DNA of 64,000 nt from an uncultured Candidatus Saccharibacteria bacterium (GTDB lineage Bacteria > Patescibacteriota > JABMPQ01 > JAQVVF01): contig CAZNOH010000001.1 of assembly GCA_964574655.1 (NCBI GenBank), positions 201,852 to 265,851 on the forward strand, written 5' to 3'. The position numbers were made by a program, and so were the translations under genes. The notes below the pieces were generated by a model that worked only from the letters and a program-made list of their open reading frames with translations, made no database searches and was not told where the DNA came from. How positions within the stretch are numbered: the first letter of the stretch is position 1; each line of letters opens with the position of its first letter. Below, in pieces: positions 48,839 through 57,082 of this stretch.

Positions 48839-49678
48839 ATGATAGTTTCATCACAAATCTTGTTAAAAAAGGCACAGCAAGGTCATTATGCAATTGGTGC
48901 TTTTAATACTTCTGATTTAGAAATTACAAAAGGAATTGTGGTAGCAGCTGAAGAGTTGAATGCGCCAATAATTTTGCAGACTTCTGAAGGCGAAATAAAG
49001 CATGCAGGATCTGAAGTATTTTTTGATTCAATGAAAATTTTTGCTGAGAAATCAAAAGCACAAATTAATTTAAATTTAGATCATGGAAAAAGTTTTGAAA
49101 TGTGCAAATGGGCAGTAGATAGCGGTTATAATTCTGTAATGATTGATGGATCTAGATTATTTTTAGATGAAAATATAAAACTAACAAAACAAGTCGTTGA
49201 TTACGCGCATTCTAAAAGCGTAGTTGTTGAAGGCGAGATTGGTCTTGTTCCTACTCCTAGCAAAGGCGAAGATGTTAGAATTTTAAAAGCTGATTCAGTT
49301 GAATGCAAAAAATTTATAGAAGAAACTGGTGTTGATTTTTTAGCAGTTGGCATTGGTAATGTTCATGGTGAAAATAAAGGTCAGCCAGTTTTGGATTTTG
49401 AAAGATTAAAAGAAATTAAAGAAGTCGTTGATGTGCCTTTAGTGTTACATGGCGGATCAGGTATTTCTGATGATGATATAAAAAAAGCTGTGTCTTTAGG
49501 AATTTGTAAGATTAATGTTAATACGGAATTGCGTCAGGCTTTTGCTAAGGCTTTGCGGGAAACTTTGGAAGATAAAGATGTAATCAAGCCTTATGATATT
49601 ATGGATCCGGTTGAGGATCGTATTAAAGAAGTTGTAATGAAAAAGATTGAAATTTTTGGAAGTAAAAATAAGGCGTAG
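48839..49678 (+). CDS. fba: Class II fructose-bisphosphate aldolase
   Basis: LDHG, SVMIDGS, GNVHG, LVLHGGSG and KINVNT. Confidence 0.93.
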   Translation: MIVSSQILLKKAQQGHYAIGAFNTSDLEITKGIVVAAEELNAPIILQTSEGEIKHAGSEVFFDSMKIFAEKSKAQINLNLDHGKSFEMCKWAVDSGYNSVMIDGSRLFLDENIKLTKQVVDYAHSKSVVVEGEIGLVPTPSKGEDVRILKADSVECKKFIEETGVDFLAVGIGNVHGENKGQPVLDFERLKEIKEVVDVPLVLHGGSGISDDDIKKAVSLGICKINVNTELRQAFAKALRETLEDKDVIKPYDIMDPVEDRIKEVVMKKIEIFGSKNKA

Positions 49679-49781
49679 ATATTTGGGATATTACTGATAT
49701 TAAGATATTCGGAAATTATTACCCAACTTTAGTTGGGGTTCGGTAAGCTTTAGTTTGCAGATATTTTAAGTAGTAAAAAAT

Positions 49782-50156
49782 ATGAATATCGAAAAAAAAG
49801 GGAAAGAATTATATAGCCAATATGAAACTACAAGAAGAATGATGGAGTCATCCAAATTTTATGCTGACGTATATAATCAATGGAAAGGTTGTACAGGTTT
49901 TGGCGGTAGAACGAAAGATTGGGTTCAAGAACTAAAGCCGATGACACAATATGAAGAAAGAATTAGAGCTACAGCTGATCAGGAAGAAGCACAAATAATT
50001 CTTGATTTAAGCGATCCAGAAAGGGTTGTAGCTTATAATCAACTCGTTGATGAATTTAATGCTGACTTAGAAAGGATTCGAGAAACTAAAGATCAAAAAG
50101 CAGCCCAAGATTATATGTCTAAAGCAATAGCTATAATTTATAATCAATCAAAGTAA
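49782..50156 (+). CDS. Hypothetical protein
   Basis: 124-aa ORF flanked by CTTTAG-loop elements. Confidence 0.65.
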   Translation: MNIEKKGKELYSQYETTRRMMESSKFYADVYNQWKGCTGFGGRTKDWVQELKPMTQYEERIRATADQEEAQIILDLSDPERVVAYNQLVDEFNADLERIRETKDQKAAQDYMSKAIAIIYNQSK

Positions 50157-50195
50157 AAGTATTTGCGATTGCCTTTAATCAAAAGTATTAGAAAA

Positions 50196-50288
50196 TTCTA
50201 CCTGGCTTTAGCCAAGGGGTTGGAGAGCCTTAGCTCTCATTTCTTGTGAACTAAAGTTCATGAACCCCTTGGCTAAAGCCAGGTAGAA
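50196..50288. mobile_element. Composite palindromic element with CTTTAG/CTAAAG-loop hairpins (REP/PATE-like, non-autonomous)
   Basis: 26-bp perfect terminal IR ttctacctggctttagccaaggggtt enclosing two inner hairpins; second copy at 63866. Confidence 0.65.
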
Positions 50289-50303
50289 ATATCTGAATTT
50301 AGT

Positions 50304-51350
50304 ATGACCAAAACAAATTTTTTAGAATTGATAAATTTTTTACAAAAAAACCATAAAGTCTATGGGCCGGTTTTGGATAGGTCTGGCAGATTATTAGTAA
50401 AAGAAATTAAGGATCCAGAAAAAATAATTTTGAATGGCAGATTAACACATTATTCTTTTAAAAATTTATTTTTGCCATCTCATGAAACTTTATTTGATTA
50501 TGATCATCAAAAATTGAAAGAGCCAAATTTAAGCTATAAAAAACAAGCAATTGTTGGAATGACAATATCCGATTTGGAGGCTTTAGAATTATATGATCAA
50601 GTATTCGTAAAAGATCCATATTATCAGGAAAGACGAAGACAGACTTTAGTTATTGGATATAGTTTAGCGGGTAAAAAAAGTTTTTCTGAGGAATTAATTT
50701 ATGAACAGCAGTTTGAAGAAGATATTTTAGAACATGTGAAGTTTGATGTGTTTTGCGAATTGCGCGAATCTGGAACGAATGACACTAATAATTCTAGTGA
50801 TTTTTGTAAGGTTTTTGCTGGATCGGAGAATGGAATTAAGATTTTGGATGGATTTGGGTATAAGGATTATGAAAATATAAAATATGTTGGGCCAATTAGA
50901 GAACCCGCCTTTGCTTCCGAAGAGGCTGTGGTGGGCAAGGGAGGGTTGGATAAGACAATGATGGCGGTTTATAATAAAATGAGAAAAGGCTATGCCAAAA
51001 AAGTTTGGGAAGATATTGGAAAAAGGTGTATAGAGTGCGGACAATGTACTCTGGTTTGTCCAACTTGTTATTGTTTTAGAATTGATGATGAGCCAAGCTT
51101 GGATAGAGGAAAAGGCAAAAGAGTAAGATGCTGGGATGCTTGTATGTATCATGAATTTTCGGAAATTTCTGGAAAGACAAGATTATTAAAAAGTACTGAA
51201 CAGAGGATGTGGTTTTGGTTTTATCATAAATTTGTTAGAATTCCAGAAAAATATAAAATACCAGGATGTGTTAAATGTGGAAGATGCTCTCGTGTTTGTC
51301 CGGTTGATATTGATTTTATGAAGGTGCTACAAGACATTTTGAAGAGTTGA
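50304..51350 (+). CDS. Group 3b sulfhydrogenase beta subunit (AsrA-like 4Fe-4S protein)
   Basis: CIECGQCTLVCPTCYCF, RCWDAC and GCVKCGRCSRVCP. Confidence 0.9.
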   Translation: MTKTNFLELINFLQKNHKVYGPVLDRSGRLLVKEIKDPEKIILNGRLTHYSFKNLFLPSHETLFDYDHQKLKEPNLSYKKQAIVGMTISDLEALELYDQVFVKDPYYQERRRQTLVIGYSLAGKKSFSEELIYEQQFEEDILEHVKFDVFCELRESGTNDTNNSSDFCKVFAGSENGIKILDGFGYKDYENIKYVGPIREPAFASEEAVVGKGGLDKTMMAVYNKMRKGYAKKVWEDIGKRCIECGQCTLVCPTCYCFRIDDEPSLDRGKGKRVRCWDACMYHEFSEISGKTRLLKSTEQRMWFWFYHKFVRIPEKYKIPGCVKCGRCSRVCPVDIDFMKVLQDILKS

Positions 51351-51470
51351 AAATCAGCTGAATTGATTTTAGAGTTTTGCTAAATAATTTAGTGTTAAAT
51401 TGTTCAATTGCTAGATTGTTAACGTAAAATCGTTGTAGCAATTTAACAATGTAGCAATTTAACAATTTTG

Positions 51471-52310
51471 ATGTTTAATCCATATCAAACAAAATTGGTT
51501 GTAATAAAAAGAGTAATTAAAGAATCTTCTGATGTAAAAAGATTTGTTTTGGAATTTGAAAATAAGTTAGATAAAGAAAATTTTGATTTTATACCAGGAC
51601 AGTTTATTAAGGTTTCAATTCCAGGCTTATGCGATGCGCCGTTTACTTTTGGTTCTAGTCCAAAAAATAGAGATAATTTTGAAATTGCAGTTAGGGGAGT
51701 TGGAAATTTGACCAATTTTCTGAATAGAATGCAAATAGGACAAAAAATAGGAATAAGAGGACCGTATGGAAATGGTTTTCCAATGGATTTAATTAAGAAA
51801 AGAAATACTTTGATTGTGTCTGGCGGTTGTGGTTTTGTGCCTTTTAAATCGATGATAGAAGATTATCTAATTGACAAAAAAAGTTATAAATCTAAGTTCC
51901 AAATTTTTTACGGAGCGAGGTCTTTTGACGAGCTGTTGTTTAAAAGAGATTTTGAAAAATGGGAAAGTAGCGGTATAGATTTAAAGATAACTGTTGATAA
52001 GAATGATGAGAAGTGTGATATTTCTAAATATGGTTGCAATGTTGGTTTGGTAACTGAATTAATTAAAAATGAGGATTTGGTAGAAAAACCAGTTGTCTTG
52101 GTTTGTGGTCCGTCAATAATGGTAAAATTTGTAGTAATGGAATTAGATAAACTGTCTATCCCCCATTCTGATATTTTTGTTTCGTTAGAGGGAAGAATGG
52201 AATGCGGAATAGGAGTGTGTGAGCATTGCGCAATTGGTCCTTATTATGTTTGCAAAGATGGACCAGTGTTTAGTTGGGATAAGATTGAATGGATTCCAAA
52301 CATAGTTTGA
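51471..52310 (+). CDS. Group 3b sulfhydrogenase gamma subunit (FAD/NAD(P)-binding, 2Fe-2S)
   Basis: PGQF, RGPYGNGFP, GGCG, CGP and MECGIGVCEHC...VCKDGPVF. Confidence 0.9.
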   Translation: MFNPYQTKLVVIKRVIKESSDVKRFVLEFENKLDKENFDFIPGQFIKVSIPGLCDAPFTFGSSPKNRDNFEIAVRGVGNLTNFLNRMQIGQKIGIRGPYGNGFPMDLIKKRNTLIVSGGCGFVPFKSMIEDYLIDKKSYKSKFQIFYGARSFDELLFKRDFEKWESSGIDLKITVDKNDEKCDISKYGCNVGLVTELIKNEDLVEKPVVLVCGPSIMVKFVVMELDKLSIPHSDIFVSLEGRMECGIGVCEHCAIGPYYVCKDGPVFSWDKIEWIPNIV

Positions 52311-52408
52311 AGTAAAAATTAAAAAGTAAAAAGGTAAAGGTTGCAAGTAAAAAGTAAAAAGTTACGCGACGATTTTTTTACTTTTTAATTTTAACTTTTG
52401 ACTTTTTT
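52311..52408. repeat. Inverted repeat of AAAAGT/ACTTTT units
   Basis: aaaaagtaaaaaggtaaaggttgcaagtaaaaagt...ttttacctttttaattttaacttttgacttttt. Confidence 0.75.
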
Positions 52409-52411
52409 AAC

Positions 52412-53695
52412 ATGTGTTTAACAATGCCTGGAAAAGTAAGTAAAATTAATGGAAACTTTGCGATAGTTGAGGGAAATTTTGGATTGAGAAGTGTCAATAT
52501 TATGGCATTAGGAAAAATTAAGATTGGTGATTGGCTTTTGGCGACAACTGGTTTAGCTGTTAAAAAAATTAATGAAAACGAGGCGCAGGAATTAATTGAT
52601 TTATTGAAAAGTCATGATGCGGTTGACAGCAACAAGATAGATAAAAAATTATTGAATGTTTTAGAAAATGCAAGAAAAAGGAATTTGAATAGAGACGAGA
52701 TTGTTTTTTTATTAAGTTTAAAAAAAAAGAAAGATATTGAGGCTTTGTTTTCAGAAGCTGATGTGATTAGAAAAAGTTATTTAAAAGATTTTATATGCAT
52801 TCATGGCATAATTGAATTTTCAAATTATTGTGAGAATAATTGTTCATATTGCGGATTGAGATTTGAAAATAAGAAATTAAAAAGATACAGAATGTCTTTT
52901 AAGGAGATTGTTGAAGTAATTGATGAAGCAGTAAATAAAATAGGTTATAAAATGTTGGTATTGCAGAGCGGAGTTGATAAAGGATGGAGCGATGCGAAAT
53001 TAATTGAATTAATAAAATTGATTAAAAAAAAGCATCGAGTTTTTATTCTGATAAGTATTGGTGAACGGAGTTTGGAATGTTATAGAAAGATGAAAAAAGC
53101 AGGAGCTGATGGAGTTTTGTTTAGATTTGAGACAGCAAATAAAGATCTTTATCACAAATTGCATTTATCTAAGACATTGAAAGGCAATTTTAAGAAGCGA
53201 TTAAAATTAATTGGTGAATTAAAGAAAATGGGTTATTATATTTCTTCAGGGTCAATGATTGGATTACCTGGTCAAACAATTGGTGATTTGGCAAACGATG
53301 TTTTAATGATGAAAAAGTTGAAAGTAGGAATGGTCTCAATGGGTCCCTTTGTCCCATGTAAAAATACTCCATTTGAGAAAGAAAAAAAAGCTGAAACGAT
53401 GTTGAGTTTGAAAATGATAGCTATTTGTCGTATTTTAATGAAAGAAGCAAGGATACCAATTACTTCTGCTTTAGAGACAATTGGAGGCGAAGAGATTAGG
53501 AAAAAAGGATTGAGCTGTGGTGCGAATTCATTGATGTTCAATCTAACACCGCAAAAATATAGAAAAGATTATAAAATTTACAATAACAAATTTTATGGGA
53601 GAAACAAGAAATTAGAGAGAGCAGCTTTATTTCAGAATGAAGATAGCTGGAGGATGATCGAGCAAGAGTTTAGAAAAAAAATAGATAAATTTTGA
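52412..53695 (+). CDS. HypC domain fused to a HydE-like radical SAM enzyme
   Basis: N-terminal MCLTMPGKV...IGDWLL..TGLAVKKI.E.EA (HypC); CENNCSYC, MIGLPGQT, GPFVP..NTP and GANSLMFNLTP..YRKDYKIY (HydE-type). Confidence 0.85.
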   Translation: MCLTMPGKVSKINGNFAIVEGNFGLRSVNIMALGKIKIGDWLLATTGLAVKKINENEAQELIDLLKSHDAVDSNKIDKKLLNVLENARKRNLNRDEIVFLLSLKKKKDIEALFSEADVIRKSYLKDFICIHGIIEFSNYCENNCSYCGLRFENKKLKRYRMSFKEIVEVIDEAVNKIGYKMLVLQSGVDKGWSDAKLIELIKLIKKKHRVFILISIGERSLECYRKMKKAGADGVLFRFETANKDLYHKLHLSKTLKGNFKKRLKLIGELKKMGYYISSGSMIGLPGQTIGDLANDVLMMKKLKVGMVSMGPFVPCKNTPFEKEKKAETMLSLKMIAICRILMKEARIPITSALETIGGEEIRKKGLSCGANSLMFNLTPQKYRKDYKIYNNKFYGRNKKLERAALFQNEDSWRMIEQEFRKKIDKF

Positions 53696-53699
53696 GTAT

Positions 53700-55070
53700 A
53701 TGCTAATAATAGATCAGAGAAAAATTAAAGAGTTTTTAGATAATAAGAAAAACGTAGATGAAGATGAGGCAAAGCAGATTGTTAAAAAAGCAAAAAAAAA
53801 GAAAGGTCTTAATTTAGCAGAAGTGGCGATTTTATTGAATGTTAATGATGAGAAGTTAATTGCTGAAATGTTTAAGGCGGCGATTGAAATAAAAAAAGCG
53901 ATATATGGGAATAGATTGGTTCTATTTGCGCCACTATATATTTCGAACTATTGCGTTAATGATTGTGAATATTGTAGCTTTCATATTCGAAACAAAGCGT
54001 CAAGAAAAAAATTAACCTTGGATGAGGTTAGAAAACAAGTTGAAATTTTGGAAGATATGGGCCACAAGAGACTGCTTTTAGAATTTGGCGAAGATCCCAT
54101 TAATAATCCAATTGATTATGTGGTTGATGTAATAAAAACAATATATAATGTAAAAAGGGGTAATGGATCGATTAGAAGAGTGAATATTAATATAGCAGCA
54201 ACAACCGTCGAAAATTATAAAAAAATAAAAGAAGCTGGAATTGGAACTTACCAGCTTTTTCAAGAAACTTATCATCAACCAACCTATAAAAAATTGCATT
54301 GCGGTCCTAAAGCTGACTATGAACGGCAAATTACGGCTTTAGATCGAGCTTTTCAAGCGGGAATTGATGATTTAGGAATCGGTGTTTTATTCGGACTTTA
54401 TGATTATAAATTTGAAGTTTTAAGTTTGCTAATGCATGCCCAATATCTGGAAAAGAAGAATGGCGTAGGGCCTCATACAATTTCCGTACCGAGATTTCAG
54501 TCTGCAATGACTGTTGATTATAAGTCTAGATATAAAGTTTCCGATAAAGCTTTTTTAAAACTAGTAGCGATCTTGAGAATGGCAGTCCCATATACGGGAA
54601 TAATAATGTCAACCAGGGAAACTCCAGAGATTCGTAGAAAAGCGTTTGAAATTGGCGTATCACAAACTAGTGCAGGATCAAAAACTGCGCCAGGAGGATA
54701 TCTGAAAAAATCAAAAACTAGTGATTTGCAACAATTTTCTTTGCATGATAAAAGGTCACTGGATGAAGTTGTTTGTGATATTTGCGGGCTTGGATATTTA
54801 CCAAGTTTTTGCACAGCATGTTATCGTGTCGGGCGGACAGGCGATCAATTTATGGAATATGCAAAATCAGGAAAAATTCAGAGATTTTGTCAACCTAACG
54901 CGATAATGACTTTAAAGGAATATTTAGTTGATTATGCATCAAAAGATACAAAGAAAGCAGGTGAAGAATTGATTAATAGTGAATTAAAAAAGATGGATGT
55001 GAAAAAAAGAGCTTTGTTTAAGAGAAAGCTAAAATTGATCGAACAAGGAAAGAGGGATATATATATTTAG
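53700..55070 (+). CDS. hydG: [FeFe]-hydrogenase maturase HydG (radical SAM tyrosine lyase)
   Basis: FAPLYISNYCVNDCEYC, LFQETY, GPHTISVPR and C-terminal Cx2Cx22C (CTAC...CQPNA), which ThiH lacks. Confidence 0.92.
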   Translation: MLIIDQRKIKEFLDNKKNVDEDEAKQIVKKAKKKKGLNLAEVAILLNVNDEKLIAEMFKAAIEIKKAIYGNRLVLFAPLYISNYCVNDCEYCSFHIRNKASRKKLTLDEVRKQVEILEDMGHKRLLLEFGEDPINNPIDYVVDVIKTIYNVKRGNGSIRRVNINIAATTVENYKKIKEAGIGTYQLFQETYHQPTYKKLHCGPKADYERQITALDRAFQAGIDDLGIGVLFGLYDYKFEVLSLLMHAQYLEKKNGVGPHTISVPRFQSAMTVDYKSRYKVSDKAFLKLVAILRMAVPYTGIIMSTRETPEIRRKAFEIGVSQTSAGSKTAPGGYLKKSKTSDLQQFSLHDKRSLDEVVCDICGLGYLPSFCTACYRVGRTGDQFMEYAKSGKIQRFCQPNAIMTLKEYLVDYASKDTKKAGEELINSELKKMDVKKRALFKRKLKLIEQGKRDIYI

Positions 55071-55191
55071 AATTCATTATTTGTAAAATGAAGACGAAAT
55101 TTAATGTCCAATCTAAGTAAAAAATAGCAATGTTTTTTATGATTTTGTAAATAAGCGTTCTTTTTAAATTTCAAGGTAAAGGAGGAGAAAG

Positions 55192-55866
55192 ATGAGCAGC
55201 AATGATGGTTTGATTGAAGCAGCAAGATTTTCGTGGAATTGTTGTCCAGAAAATAGAGTTCTTTGCGATGGATTATACGGCTTTGTTGGAGGAAATGGCG
55301 GGCATGATGTTGCATGGATTCGAGGTCAACTAAAAAGTCTTTATTCATATTTTTATTATCTGTTGATTGCTAGGCAAAATGGAATTTCTGATCCTTTTGA
55401 TTTGCGAGTTGTTCAGGCACATTGGATTGGCAATGATTTGTTGAGGGTTGTGAAAGCTAGCGATGTTAAAGAATTATTATCAGCTACTAAAGAATTGAGC
55501 GCATTGCCGAGAGAAAAAGAAACGATGATGAGGTGGTTATTGAGCAAGCTTGTAAAATTAGGATCTTATCCTCATCATAGTTTTTATGCAACTGTTTATG
55601 AAAAGTTGAATCCCGCACTTGTCCGTCAAGGAAAAAGATGTTTTATAGACTGCGGCAAAGTGTTGGAATTGGAAGACGATCATTTTCTTATCGAAGTCAA
55701 TGGAGTTACGAGAAAATGCGGTTATGGTTTTCTGAAAGGAAAGATTGAAGTTGGAGATTTGGTTTTTATCCATTTGAATGAGGGTTGCAGGGTTGCAACT
55801 TTAGATGAAAAAACAAAATTAGATGATTGGTTTGTTGCTACAGAATGTACATTAAGGTTGCTTTAA
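55192..55866 (+). CDS. DUF6390-like protein with HypC-like C-terminal motif
   Basis: LIARQNGISDPFDLRVVQAHWIGNDLL, PHHSF and VGDLVFIH. Confidence 0.7.
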   Translation: MSSNDGLIEAARFSWNCCPENRVLCDGLYGFVGGNGGHDVAWIRGQLKSLYSYFYYLLIARQNGISDPFDLRVVQAHWIGNDLLRVVKASDVKELLSATKELSALPREKETMMRWLLSKLVKLGSYPHHSFYATVYEKLNPALVRQGKRCFIDCGKVLELEDDHFLIEVNGVTRKCGYGFLKGKIEVGDLVFIHLNEGCRVATLDEKTKLDDWFVATECTLRLL

Positions 55867-55923
55867 TTTAGATCCTTGATCTTTAATCATTGTGGTTAGA
55901 GATTTTTAACCTAAATTGAAATA

Positions 55924-56688
55924 ATGGAACAACAAAAATTAAAAGTAGCAATGGTTTCTTTGACTTCCTGCGAAGGATGTTATTTTAGCTTGCTTGATTT
56001 AGGAAATGAATTTTTAGAAATTGCTGACAAAATTGATTTAGTTAAATTTCGATTATTTGAAGAAAAAGAGCATTCTGAAAATGAAAAATATGATCTTGCG
56101 TTTGTGGAAGGCAGTCCGATTTCTAAAGAGAATTTTGATAAGTTGATTAATTTGAGATTGAGAACTAAAAAATTAATTATTTTGGGTGGATGTGCTCATA
56201 CTGGTGGAACATATGCAATGCGAAATCATACTGACAAAAAGAAAGCTTGTAAATATGTTTATCCTAAAACTAATAAAAAAGTTTTTAATCCAAAAATTTT
56301 AGAACTTTCTAAAGTTGTAAAAATTGACGGAATTATTCCAACTTGTCCGGTTAATCCTAGAGAATTTGTTAGATTTATGTCTTTTATCTTGAATAGTTTA
56401 ACGTTTAAAATTGTTGAAAGGCCAGTCTGTCATGAATGCCAATTAGCAGAGACTCCTTGTTTATTAAAAATGGGATTGCCTTGTTTTGGGCCAATGGCTC
56501 TTGGAGGTTGTGATGCGCCTTGTCCTCAAGCAGGAATGCCTTGTCAATTATGTCGTGGACCAATGAAAGAGATTGTTTGGGAAAATTTTGAAAAGAAAAT
56601 GAAAGAAATAATGGGTGCTGAAGTTTGGGAAAAAGATTATCATGAAATACTCGAGATTTTTAATGTGAAGGATAAAATTAATTGTTAA
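55924..56688 (+). CDS. [NiFe]-hydrogenase group 3b small (delta) subunit
   Basis: TSCEGC, VEGS, GGCAHTGG, TCP and CHEC...CLL..CFGP...CP...CQLCRG. Confidence 0.9.
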   Translation: MEQQKLKVAMVSLTSCEGCYFSLLDLGNEFLEIADKIDLVKFRLFEEKEHSENEKYDLAFVEGSPISKENFDKLINLRLRTKKLIILGGCAHTGGTYAMRNHTDKKKACKYVYPKTNKKVFNPKILELSKVVKIDGIIPTCPVNPREFVRFMSFILNSLTFKIVERPVCHECQLAETPCLLKMGLPCFGPMALGGCDAPCPQAGMPCQLCRGPMKEIVWENFEKKMKEIMGAEVWEKDYHEILEIFNVKDKINC

Positions 56689-56722
56689 ATTGTTTTATTG
56701 TTAAATCGTTAAATATTATTTT

Positions 56723-57052
56723 ATGGAAATTAAACAAGAGATTAAAAAACCAGAAGCTGTTAAAATAATTGTTGAAGATAACGGTAAAATTGTTGGCAGA
56801 GCTTATTTATATTTGATTAATAATGATTTGCATAAAGAGCCTTATGGATTGTTGGAGGATGTTTTTGTTGAAGAAAATCAAAGAGGAAAAGGAACTGGTA
56901 CGAAATTAGTTCAGGCAGTAATTGATGAAGCTAAGAAAAGAGATTGTTATAAATTAATTGCAACTAGTAGGAAATCAAGAGAGCAAGTACACGAATGGTA
57001 TTTGAAATTTGGTTTTGAAGATTATGGTTGTGAATTTAGGATGGAGTTATAA
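56723..57052 (+). CDS. GNAT-family acetyltransferase
   Basis: LEDVFVEENQRGKGTGTKLV and WYLKFGF. Confidence 0.85.
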   Translation: MEIKQEIKKPEAVKIIVEDNGKIVGRAYLYLINNDLHKEPYGLLEDVFVEENQRGKGTGTKLVQAVIDEAKKRDCYKLIATSRKSREQVHEWYLKFGFEDYGCEFRMEL

Positions 57053-57082
57053 AGTTGTAAAGTTTTTAAAGTTATAAAGTAA

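Noticed and set aside
52412-53695. Biotin synthase BioB or PylB
   Set aside because: C-terminal NLTP..YR..Y.IY motif, adjacency to hydG and the HypC fusion favour HydE; no bio or pyl genes present
53700-55070. ThiH (thiamine biosynthesis) annotation
   Set aside because: Has the HydG-specific C-terminal Cx2Cx22C domain, and there are no thi genes nearby
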